Below, one piece after another: positions 1-9,876 of a DNA stretch of 32,000 nucleotides (positions are counted from its first letter, which is position 1; every line of letters starts with the position of its first letter). The stretch comes from Wallemia ichthyophaga EXF-994 (Eukaryota; Fungi; Basidiomycota). A program made the translations under genes and the position numbers. The notes beneath the pieces were generated by a model. The model saw only the letters and a program-made list of their open reading frames with translations. It did no database searches and was not told the origin of the DNA. The stretch covers positions 180,244 through 212,243 of the forward strand of contig NW_008806274.1 in the NCBI RefSeq assembly GCF_000400465.1. Reading direction: 5' to 3'.

Positions 1-251
1 ATACCAACAAGTGGCTCATTTTTAATATCTTTCATCTAATCCACTAGTCAAATTGATAATATTATTTCAACCAAAACACACCTCCTTATGAAGACGCTTG
101 ATCGTTACTGTTTTAGAAGACATTTGAAAGTGATATTGAGATGATGGATGTAAAGAAGGAAAGACGAATTAATACTAATAATTAAATATTTTCCAATTTT
201 AAGTAATTTATATCTTATCCACCAACCATCACAACCTTCACTGCCTAATCA

Positions 252-2616
252 ATGGACGCAGACGATGACGAGATTTTAATTGATAGTAGCGCTGAATTAG
301 AATTTGGGGAGCGTATAAGTCCCAGCCATCGGAATCCGAGCACTCCTACACCACCTCACAAGAAACTGAACATAACGGCGGAATTGGAATCCACAATGAT
401 CCTACGTGATTTAGAACAATTAGAAGCTGAGGATGAAGATTTAGATAAGACTAATAGTTTCGATTTTTATGCAGAATTGGGCGAATTTGATAAACATTTG
501 AGTAAATTGAGACAATCAAAGAATTACTTGAAGAGGAGAGAATTACAGCGGGAGGCTGACAGATTTCAATCTGCTGAATATGAATCAAAACAGCCTTCAA
601 ATAGATTCACAAAGTCGCGCAAACGTAAAGTTAGTAACGATCAAGGCGATAGAAGGTATTCTTATATGAGAGGTCCTCCCACTCCACGCAGATTAGCTGA
701 TAAAAGCTGGATTGATGGTCTTAGTGGTCATGATGATCAGAGTGCTCATGATGATAAGGATGAAAACAAGAAAAGCGATGGAAAGGATTTACATGGTGAA
801 AATGATGAACTAGACGACTTATTGCAAGATTATACTTTTGACAATCATTTGAGACATCTTCCAGAACAACCAACAAACAACCAACATCACTCACCTCCCA
901 GTCCAACTGAAAATGACTCAATCATTAATACAAATGCTGACATGTCATCAAAATCAGCAAATGAACCATTCCCTCAAATTAAGCAAGAATCGTCACTGCC
1001 TGACGTGATTGATAAGGATTATCATCAGGCGCCTTCTTCACAGCAACCTCAACAAAACTCATCGACGTTTCAATTTTCACCAAATTCAAATCAGCTTCAC
1101 TCAACGAGCGGAAAGAGCCACAATTTTAACCTTGATGTTGACCGTGGTAATAATCATGATAAGAGTCATGATACTAGTGACAACATCAGCCACGATATCA
1201 GCCACATTAACAACCAAGATACCCGAGCAAATCACTCTAATCTCAATGCAACCATACTCCCTCACGTCGACAATGTTCTAAGTCCCAACAACGAAGCCAT
1301 AGTGGAGATATACAGCGAAGATCCAGCAGTAGCAGCCCATGCGACTAAAGTTCTCCAGCTGGTGAGTTGCACCTAGAGGTATTACATCATACTTACCACT
1401 TGTAGCCCAACAGGAACATAGAAACAGGCGAACATCCTCAGCTCTTCTACGCGAAAAAGATGCAAAAAGCGGAGAATGAGATAGAAATGAGTATGCCGCA
1501 TGTGTTTGGAGGAGGTGACAAGCAAAGTATGCATGATCAGACACTTGAACATGAGCAAAGTCATGCGCACTCGCAGGCACAATTACAATTGCACACGGAT
1601 AATCATAGCCATTCTCTATCGCGGCAGTCGACGGAAATATTTTCACCCCAGCTATCCACTCTTCCGCCCGCACCCGATTTCACCAAACGTTTAAGCAGTG
1701 TATGGGGACGCGAAAACTGGAAAGCGCTGGAGCGAACGTTCAACAGATGCAAAAAGGATGCAGTAAATGATGTGGAGACTGTAGTGAGTGAATTTCTCGA
1801 TGAATGGGGAGTGTCACGCAAGAGAGCAATCGGAGATTTGAATCCGTGAGTTAAAATTTTGTTTGTTTTGAGAAACAATAGAGTCTAATTACATACGCAT
1901 GCAGTGATAAGATATTCAACAGAGTGCGCGCACTCGAAATAAAACAAGTCGACAGACAGCGGAGAAGAATGACGCGACGTTCACAGTCACAGTCGCGGGG
2001 TACATCCAGAGCTACATTTTCGCCAAGCGAATCTCTGATGAATGCAAACTATAGTATGCCACCTAATTATACACCTATATACCCAAAAAATATACTGCGA
2101 TCTCACTCAACACTCGCAACTCACTCAGCCCTCTCAAATACACCAATGACAACACTCACCGAGCAGCGCACACCGTCATCTCTTCAGAAAATCATGCACT
2201 TCGGACTTAACCCACTCAAAGGGTTGTTTAGGGAGAATAGATTGGAAGCTGTTGAGGAAAATGACCGTACCTTGAGTAGGAGTGCGAGTGGGAGTTTCAG
2301 TGACCATTCGGCAAATTCTAGCATATCGACTAACACTGGCGCATCCATCTGGCGCGAAGATAAACATAAGTCGAGGGGTATACCACCAAGGCGATTACAT
2401 GATAATGAGGCAATGACGGGTGTCGTAAGGTCTAGATCCACCTCTCTTTCAAGCTTCCAGCATAACGTTCGATCAATGCAGGGTGGTGAAAATAGACAGT
2501 TTGACAACACCACACACGAGAACAAACGCCGCCGTCAGTCACCTCGAAGACTTTCAAACACAAGTCAGCGATCGTCGAGTTTGAGAAATGATGTGACAGA
2601 TACTTTGTTAAGCTAG
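252..2616 (+). CDS. Hypothetical low-complexity (Ser/Asn/His/Asp-rich) protein, 3 exons (252-1361, 1406-1845, 1905-2616)
   Basis: Three ORF-track segments join in frame via GT-AG introns 1362-1405 (GTGAGT...TGTAG) and 1846-1904 (GTGAGT...CTAAT...GCAG). A short helical block WGRENWKALERTFNRCKK...NRVRALEIKQ spans the second intron. No family recognised. Confidence 0.7.
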
Positions 2617-2682
2617 CAATAGCAATAATAATATTAGCTTGTGTATCAATATAACAACATGAAATGTTTATAATTAGTCTAT

Positions 2683-4292
2683 TTATTCATCCATATCATC
2701 ATCACCTTCACCCTGTAACCACGTATCAAAGTACTGACACTTGCTTGCGTTGACTGGTCCATCTTGCGCGCAGAAATCAAACACAGGACAGCGTCCACAA
2801 GGTGCCTCTGTCCAACCCACTACAGGACCGACGTCGTCACTGTCTGTGTTTTTGACAGCGCGGTATACACTGTTAGAAAATGGATCTGCCTGTTTCATCT
2901 CCAGTTTCTGCTCTTCTTCGCTGTCTCCTCCCACAGACACCAAATCTTCATCGTCTGACTCCTCTTTCTTGGATTTCTTTGACTTTTTCGATTTCTTGGA
3001 TTTTTTATCTTTCTTCTTAGACTTACTAGACTTTTTCCTCTTCTTGGTATCTTCCTCGCTTTCACTTTCATTTTCACTCTCACTGCTCTCTTCTTCGCTG
3101 GAAGAGTTTTTGTTCTTCTTGGACTTTTTACGTGGCTTTTCTTCTTCGCTATTGTCACTCTGCTCGCTTTCGTCACTCTCGTCTTTCTTCTTGCTCCTAC
3201 TCCTACTCCTACTCTCGCTCTTGCTTTTTTTCTTTGCACGTCTTTCATCCTCACTATCACTATCGCTCTCACTGGCATCATCCTCATCACTACTATCGCG
3301 ACGTTTCGACCTTTTCTTCTTTTTTTCCTTGGACTTGCTGTTCTTCCTTTTCCTCTTCTTTGACTTGCTATCACTGTCACTGGAGTCACTGGAGTCACTC
3401 TCACTGTAGTCCTCATCTTCGCTACTACTCCTGGCGAGAGACAAAGCTGGTAAGCGTTCGAGTTCGCCATCGAACATTAAAACATCGAGCAAGGATTGAA
3501 TATGTCCTAGGTCCAATTCTATGGGAGTAACGCCAGCACCCATTACCCACTTGTGCACTTTTGCAACACTCGGATATTGAGATTTGGATATCGAGTAAAT
3601 TGGTTTGTTACTTGCTTTTATCTTTGGATAGCTGCGATCACGAATAAAGGACAAGACGGCACCTTTGAGTTGGTTGACAAACTCCGTGTCTAGCTCATTG
3701 TCGGTATACCAAGGACCGCCAGTAAGTTCGACGGAAGGGTTGAGTGATGATATCATGTAAATTTTTCTCGTTGGATGTTTGACCGATTTGACTACTTTGA
3801 TAGATCCCCTGCCTTCAAGCGATTTAAGAACCCTATTAACGACTGTTTGATGCAGATTCGTTTTCATTTTAAGGGTCTTGGTCCAAATCCCTGTATCATG
3901 ATTCGTTAGTTGCACATCTCAAAACAGGAACAGCAAAGAACGCACCTTCGTTACCAGATGCATCTATATATTGATAAGCCAGCTGCTCATCATTGTCCAT
4001 TTCTTTGTACTTCTTGGCTGATTCTTTACTGACTGCTTTGTAGCCGCTGCTACCGGTGCTCAGCGTAACCAGTTGTATCAAGTTCTTATTGAGCAGCTTG
4101 TTTATCGCATCCAGCTTATCCTTCATGTCTTTGTCGGTGAAGAGTTTATCGCTCAATTCGTCATTAGAGAATGTCTGCGAGGAGTGAGGCATTAGAGAGG
4201 GATCGCATACACTCATTAAACAAACTCACTTGATCCTTGGCCCTGAGGGCGTGCGTATATATTTGAGATTCTAGTTTTGTTGTTTTTGGCAT
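2683..4292 (-). CDS. RPC34: RNA polymerase III subunit C34/RPC6, 3 exons (4292-4230, 4174-3946, 3890-2683)
   Basis: Spliced product has GNEGIWTKTLKMKTNLHQTVVNRVLKSLE, KSVKHPTRKIYM, LTGGPWYTDNELDTEFV and the C-terminal PCGRCPVFDFC...C Cys cluster typical of RPC34/POLR3F. Introns 4229-4175 and 3945-3891. Confidence 0.93.
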
Positions 4293-4375
4293 TGTGGTGG
4301 GGGTGAGCACGCAAGAGGCGCGATGCAGCGTAAACATGATGCAAATTCAATTTCAAGTTCTTAATACAAATATGT

Positions 4376-6021
4376 CTAGTCTCTGTATCTATCCATAAAC
4401 TCCTGGTGGAATTTCTCAATCGTGTTTATGTAATCTTCAGTACCTGGAACAAGACACGTTGTTCTAAAGTGTAAGGTACCTGGGCTAGCCCTATTGTTAG
4501 CATCATCTACGCATACACTCACACTGCTCACCTCTGTCCGAATCCTCCTCCTGGTACTACGCAAATCCCAGTATTGTTTAACAATTCCATGCAGTAGAAT
4601 GCATCTGGAGATTTACCCTCCTTTTTAGCAGCATCCTGCGCTTTCTGTGGTAGTCTTATTTGAGGGAATGCATACATAGCCCCCTCTGCATTGTTGCACG
4701 TTACCCCATCCATCTTATTGAATCTGTCTGCCATTATCTTGGATCTACTTGCATAGTTTGTCAATATTTCATCCTTCTCTTTACTAAATTGATCATAGCT
4801 CTCATCGCCCTCTTTAGGTGGTCTGATGAGCAGATCGACTGCAACCTGTCCTTGCAGAGGTGGGCAAAGAGATATGGAAGCCAATTTGGTAGCCTGGGAG
4901 AGTAAATCTTCCGAAAAGTTTACAAACTCCACGAAACCACCTCTCTTACCGCACTCCCCGCTGAATCCCTTACTGACACTGTGAAAAGATGCGAGTTGTA
5001 ATGTGTCCAATTTGAGATCCCTTGCAACCTTTTTGAACGAGATGAACGGTTTACTTTCGTCGTAGATGTTGGACTGGTAAACTTCATCTGCAATCAACAC
5101 CAATTCATGCTTATGTGCAAACTTGGCAATTTCAATAATATTTTCCTCACTTAGTATGGCACCGGTTGGATTGCCTGGATTGATAATAACCAAGGCTTTA
5201 GTTTCAGTACCATTTGATTTGGCATCTGAAAGAGACTTTTCAAGCAAGTCAATGTTTAATTCCCACCCCTTATTTTCATCGAGGTGGTATTGAACTGTTC
5301 GCGAGCCTGCCAAAGCCAAACTAGCAGAGTAGAGGGGGTATTGAGGGATAGGAATCATAACACCATCAGGTTCTCCACAGAGGAGAAGGTGGAACAGCAA
5401 GTTCACACCGCCTGAAGCGCCTGCTGTTAAGAAGATGTTCTCTGGATCTGCACTGTAGCCGTCGCGTGATTCTAAGAAATCTGCGACTTGTTTTCTGATG
5501 AATGGGACACCTTTGCTGTGCGAGTAAGCGCCAACAGACCCTATTTCATGGAGAAGTTGGCTTGCGCGATCTCTAGCATCTTTTGGGAAAAGCTGAGCAT
5601 TGTTGATCAGTTCTGGGCATTCAGTGAGGGCAGCGACCTGAGCGACTGATTAGACATATCCAATGTAATTATATAGCAATCTACCTGTCTCCAGAAAGTT
5701 AGGGGTTTCTGATTCAAGCCCTGTTGTTGTGGGTTACCGATCTATGTGGAGTGAGTGGGTGAGTATAAGGCAACGACGACACACATTGCAAGGAAGGATA
5801 GCGTTAAATGGAAGTTCATCGCCGTGACCATCTCGAATCTGCTGACCGTATTTGTCAGCCTTAACGGGGATTTCACCGCGGACTGCGTATTGAGCGTGCA
5901 AGACCTTTGGGTTGATAGAGGAGTTGTCTAATCGGATAGAGCGGATGCGTGAAGACATGAAGTTTCTCTTTAATGATGGCAGTTGCCTTATCAAGTTCTT
6001 AGTGCTGCTGTTGCTTATCAT
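4376..6021 (-). CDS. ALT1: Alanine aminotransferase (PLP-dependent, class I), 4 exons
   Basis: YAVRGE, NIGNPQ, GSVGAYSHSKG, IINPGNPTG, ADEVYQ, FHSVSKGFSGECGKRGG (PLP lysine), GAMYAFP, VVPGGGFGQR...HFRTT. Introns 5784-5742, 5684-5638 and 4531-4491. Confidence 0.95.
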
Positions 6022-6663
6022 TTCAATTTAAGGTTGCTCCAATAACGTGACTGATATGAGTGAATACGTGTGGATAAGAACGTAGTGTGCAAATTACTAA
6101 ATTAAAGTTAATCTGCGTAATTCCCGAAATTTGGCTAATGACTCGATGGGTGGTGCTGAACAACGCGTGCATTTGAGTGGATAACCGATTCACATGATTT
6201 TATAGGCGATGTCTGCGGGTATCCGAGATGTTCCTGTCAAGAAGGGCTAGCGTCTCTAGCATTCCTAGCCTATCAAATATATCACGGCCGAGTGAGTTGC
6301 AGATAACGATAAGGGGTGGCTGTGGTGTTAAGGAGGCATGAAGAAAACGTGGAAGAGAGGCGTGGAAGGAGTACTGTGTATACGCCACAGAGACTTTCGT
6401 GGTCATTCTCCTGCTTTTTCTCGCTGTCACTGCATTTCATTCGCAAGAATGCAAATTGGTTCGAAAATATCAAGCAGCAAACGGTATATACCTCAGCTGC
6501 ACGTACAAGCGCCTGGCTTACCAATCCCAACCATTTCCTTGCTATCCCTTTCTCTCTAATTTCCCTCACGTCTGTGCTGCGCTTCTCGCCTCCTTGAAAC
6601 AGCACCACCAACACCCAAAAATCAGAAAGGCGTACACACTCGCTCAAAAGCCTCCACAATCCC

Positions 6664-7422
6664 ATGAAATTTGCAACTACATCTTTATTCTCCGCCGCCT
6701 TACTCAATATCGCAGCGGCCGGTGTTTGGATTACAGCGCCCATCGGATCTACAAAGGCAAGTGGCGGTGAGCCGTTCACTGTTGCATGGACGGATAACGG
6801 TGAATCACCCAGCCTCGCGGAACTTGGAAATGCAGATATTGGACTGATGATAGGCTCAGACACAGATCAGACACTTCTACAAACGCTTGCAGAGGATGTC
6901 CCACTGTCGTCTACAGCTTCAACTTTAAGCGTCATAGACAAGGATGCTGGCCCAGATGGGAATGTATACTTTGTCAGAATAATCAGCAAATCACACAAGG
7001 ACAATAATGGGAATCCTAATGCTTATTACTCGGCTAGATTCCTGCTTGAGGATATGGAGGGAACTTTTAGTGATGATGTTGTTGATCAGTTGGAGCAAAT
7101 GATGCAGAATTCTAATGAGCAGGATTCGCTCGTGCACCATCCCAGTAGCTCAGGAAGCTCAGCAGGCAGTGGGACACAAACCACACAAAGCACGAAGACG
7201 CAAAGTACGCAAGGTACTCAAAGTACGCAATCAGACAATTGTCAAAATTCAGATGGCTCTGATTCTAAAGATTGTCAAAACCCAAATTCACAAAACTCTA
7301 ATAACCAAGAAGCGCAAGACAATGAAGACGACCAAGACTCATCTGCTTCCTCAGCATGCTACCAAACGATGCTCGTTGCTACTCTTGCTATTATTTTCGG
7401 AGCTTCAGTCTCGACAATTTAA
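6664..7422 (+). CDS. Secreted Ser/Thr-rich GPI-anchored cell-surface protein (Kre9/Knh1-like N-terminal domain)
   Basis: Signal peptide MKFATTSLFSAALLNIAAA; beta-rich domain (ITAP...FTVAWTDNG...YFVRIIS...YYSARF); S/T/Q/N-rich stalk; hydrophobic C-terminal tail MLVATLAIIFGASVSTI preceded by small residues (SSASS). Confidence 0.8.
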   Translation: MKFATTSLFSAALLNIAAAGVWITAPIGSTKASGGEPFTVAWTDNGESPSLAELGNADIGLMIGSDTDQTLLQTLAEDVPLSSTASTLSVIDKDAGPDGNVYFVRIISKSHKDNNGNPNAYYSARFLLEDMEGTFSDDVVDQLEQMMQNSNEQDSLVHHPSSSGSSAGSGTQTTQSTKTQSTQGTQSTQSDNCQNSDGSDSKDCQNPNSQNSNNQEAQDNEDDQDSSASSACYQTMLVATLAIIFGASVSTI

Positions 7423-7587
7423 TAATGACTATATGGACGGAAAGTTGGATTATCATTACATTTCTACTCTTCTATACTCTTGAAAACACTTCATATTCCC
7501 TTTTCCACTCTTTGACTTTAATTTCTTTGTTATCATATATCAATTCTATACCCTTAGCTTCACCTGATGGTCGATACAAGTACGCTT

Positions 7588-8250
7588 CTAATAGCCCGCT
7601 AAAACACCTTTGGTTGAAGGTATCTCGCCTGATCCTGTGTAGCTGATAGCATCTCTGATGGCCAGAGCGAGAGCTTTGAAAGCCGATTCAGAGCGATGAT
7701 GATCGTTGAAACCTCTAACACAATCGATGTGAAGGGTAAGATTAGCAGCATCAGCGAAAGATTGAAAGACATGAGGAATCATCTCGCAGCTAAGATCGCC
7801 TATTTTCTCTCTCCTGAGGTGCAATTCCGCCACGCAGAAGCTTCTTCCTGAGATATCGAGTACAGCTCTCGACAGAGCTTCGTCGAGGGGAGCGTAAGCA
7901 TAACCATAACGTTTGATGCCCTTTATATCGCCCAATGCCTGCTTGAATGCATCGCCTAGCGCTAACGCTGAATCTTCCGCAGTGTGGTGATCGTCTATCC
8001 ATAGATCACCCTTGCAATGCATTTCGAGTGACATGCCACCATGTTTCGCTAGGGCACTGTACATCTGCGCGGTATGTCAGTGTGCTGCGTCTACCAACTG
8101 ACTTTTATCACTTCAACTGACATGGTCAAGGAATCCAATCCCAGTGTGCACATCTATCACCTGCTTCTGCTTATTCATGACCGTGTCTATCGCCAACTTG
8201 ACGCTGATCTGCGTTTCGCCTGTGTTGCGCTCGACTGAAGCTTGCCTCAT
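7588..8250 (-). CDS. HIS3: Imidazoleglycerol-phosphate dehydratase, 2 exons (8250-8122, 8064-7588)
   Basis: [17 protein letters not shown] (across intron 8121-8065), [36 protein letters not shown]. Confidence 0.97.
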
Positions 8251-8422
8251 GACGTTATACGTTATAGAGCAACCAGACAAGGAAAACAATGAAATAATGT
8301 ATAGAGTACACTTGTGTTTGAGTATATGAGTATATGAGTATAACAATGAAATGAGCTGTATCCATTTATGGCAAAGATGGAGAAAAAGCAGGGTGAAATA
8401 TTTCACCCATTTCCATATCCAC

Positions 8423-9709
8423 TCAACGACTGACGGCGCCGAGACCAACAACACCCCCAACATGCCCGTGTTTATGTCTGCTATTATAGCTTTGCAAATA
8501 GTGTTCGTCATCCGCCGCAGCGAACCTCCTAGCCATCCTGGTGAAAGGAGAACCGAGAGTCTTGAGAGAAGATGGGGTTATTGGGGAGAGCTGTGAGTGG
8601 GCGATTTCCTCCCAAGCGTGGTAAGCGAATTGAGCCTCCATTTCAAAGCTGTAAGCCTCTCGATTCTTGTTGTGCACCATATCGATAGCGTCGTCAGTGT
8701 AGAGTGGCCAAAACACGCCTAGTCTATTCAACACAGTGACATAGTTGGGATTGAGACGTGCAAATTTCCATGGCATTTCTAAATTATGCGCGGATGGCTG
8801 CGACTGGTTGAAAGTAGCGTAAGCATTATACCAATCTCTAATAAATCTCGAGTCAGGTTCAGAGAGAATGAAAGCATTGTTGAGACCCTTAGGGTCTAGC
8901 TCATGCTTAGTTATGTCTTGTTGACTCTCCATACCCATCACGACGGGCTCATTGAGCAAACCAGCCGAGAGGAAGTCTCTAATGACGTACACATCTGGTT
9001 CCAGAAACATTCCTCCCCAGCGCAGCAGCGCTTCTAGTCTGATGATATCGGACCTCGCTTCATTCGTCTCGACTGGTTGGTGGAAGATGTGCGACAAGTT
9101 CCTGGAGTGTACGTGCACGACTTGTTGCAGCTGGCTGAGACGCGCCCACCACGGTCCGGTAGGCTCAGTGTGGTAGTGGAACAGCACCAATTTCGGTTTG
9201 AGCACTATCAGAGCAGACCTGATAGCGAGGTAGTGGTAGTACTCGAGCTGCTCAATCTCGTCGCCCATTCCAAACGTGTAGTGCACGATGCTCGGTATCT
9301 TTTGGTGTCGCGTCATGCCCTCCTTGGCTTCCTCCACTGCTCTGTCTGCGCCCGCGATGGATGATTCGGATGCACCCTGCGCAGGGAAGGCCACAGAGGG
9401 GATGGTGGGAGGGACATGCTCGGGCCACACTACGAATGGGATGTGGGGGTTGTGGATGTGGTAGTCAGCTGGCAGGAACTGCGCTGGATCTGGCTTGACC
9501 ATCGGTGGAATGTGGCAGCTGGCCTGTGCGTGTGCTTCTGCTATTATATCCGCAGTCTGCCAGTGCACTTTCTCGTGCTTGCTGACATTTGACTCTCCCA
9601 GTAGATAGCCACCTGCGAGCAACGCTAGCGCTGCGAGGAATAGCGGTATGCGCAGCCGAGGAGCTACACCAGCCAGTGGTGTGGAATGTGTGTTGATTGG
9701 ACTGCTCAT
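8423..9709 (-). CDS. Type II membrane glycosyltransferase, GT32-like (DXD sugar-binding fold), single exon
   Basis: N-terminal TM helix IPLFLAALALLAGGYLLG; IPSIVHY, YLAIRSALIVLKP, RSDIIRLEALLRWGGMFLEPDV, GLNNAFILSEPDSRFIRDW, HAW match GT32 family motifs. Confidence 0.8.
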   Translation of the reverse strand: MSSPINTHSTPLAGVAPRLRIPLFLAALALLAGGYLLGESNVSKHEKVHWQTADIIAEAHAQASCHIPPMVKPDPAQFLPADYHIHNPHIPFVVWPEHVPPTIPSVAFPAQGASESSIAGADRAVEEAKEGMTRHQKIPSIVHYTFGMGDEIEQLEYYHYLAIRSALIVLKPKLVLFHYHTEPTGPWWARLSQLQQVVHVHSRNLSHIFHQPVETNEARSDIIRLEALLRWGGMFLEPDVYVIRDFLSAGLLNEPVVMGMESQQDITKHELDPKGLNNAFILSEPDSRFIRDWYNAYATFNQSQPSAHNLEMPWKFARLNPNYVTVLNRLGVFWPLYTDDAIDMVHNKNREAYSFEMEAQFAYHAWEEIAHSQLSPITPSSLKTLGSPFTRMARRFAAADDEHYLQSYNSRHKHGHVGGVVGLGAVSR

Positions 9710-9876
9710 TCTCGGTGTTGGTTGTTTGCTTTAGAGAATCCCTCTCTCCTTGTCTAGACTTATTCCAAGGTCAAGGCGTAGAACACAGTCTCAGGGCGTT
9801 GATACGCAGCAGTGTGTTATCGCTCAAATTTGTAAAATTTTGTTACATAATTATTAATATGATTCGTACAAGAACT

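Noticed and set aside
1-1300. Visibly lower GC at the window start than around 16.5-20 kb
   Set aside because: Not quantified; can be explained by amino-acid composition and ordinary regional drift. No horizontal-transfer or RIP signature could be supported.
2741-3530. Long alternative-frame and antisense ORFs (222, 191, 132 aa) over RPC34
   Set aside because: By-products of the low-complexity purine-rich insert, which is poor in stops in other frames; no protein-like composition.
6200-6863. ORFs of 76-193 aa in the ALT1/GPI-protein interval
   Set aside because: No recognisable motifs or consistent splice structure; the longest is partly antisense to the GPI-protein gene. Treated as promoter or UTR sequence.
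6664-9709. Possible cell-wall or glycosylation cluster (GPI-anchored protein, GT32, plus GPI11 and SPC2 elsewhere)
   Set aside because: The genes are interspersed with unrelated housekeeping genes such as HIS3 and CAC2; no evidence of functional clustering.
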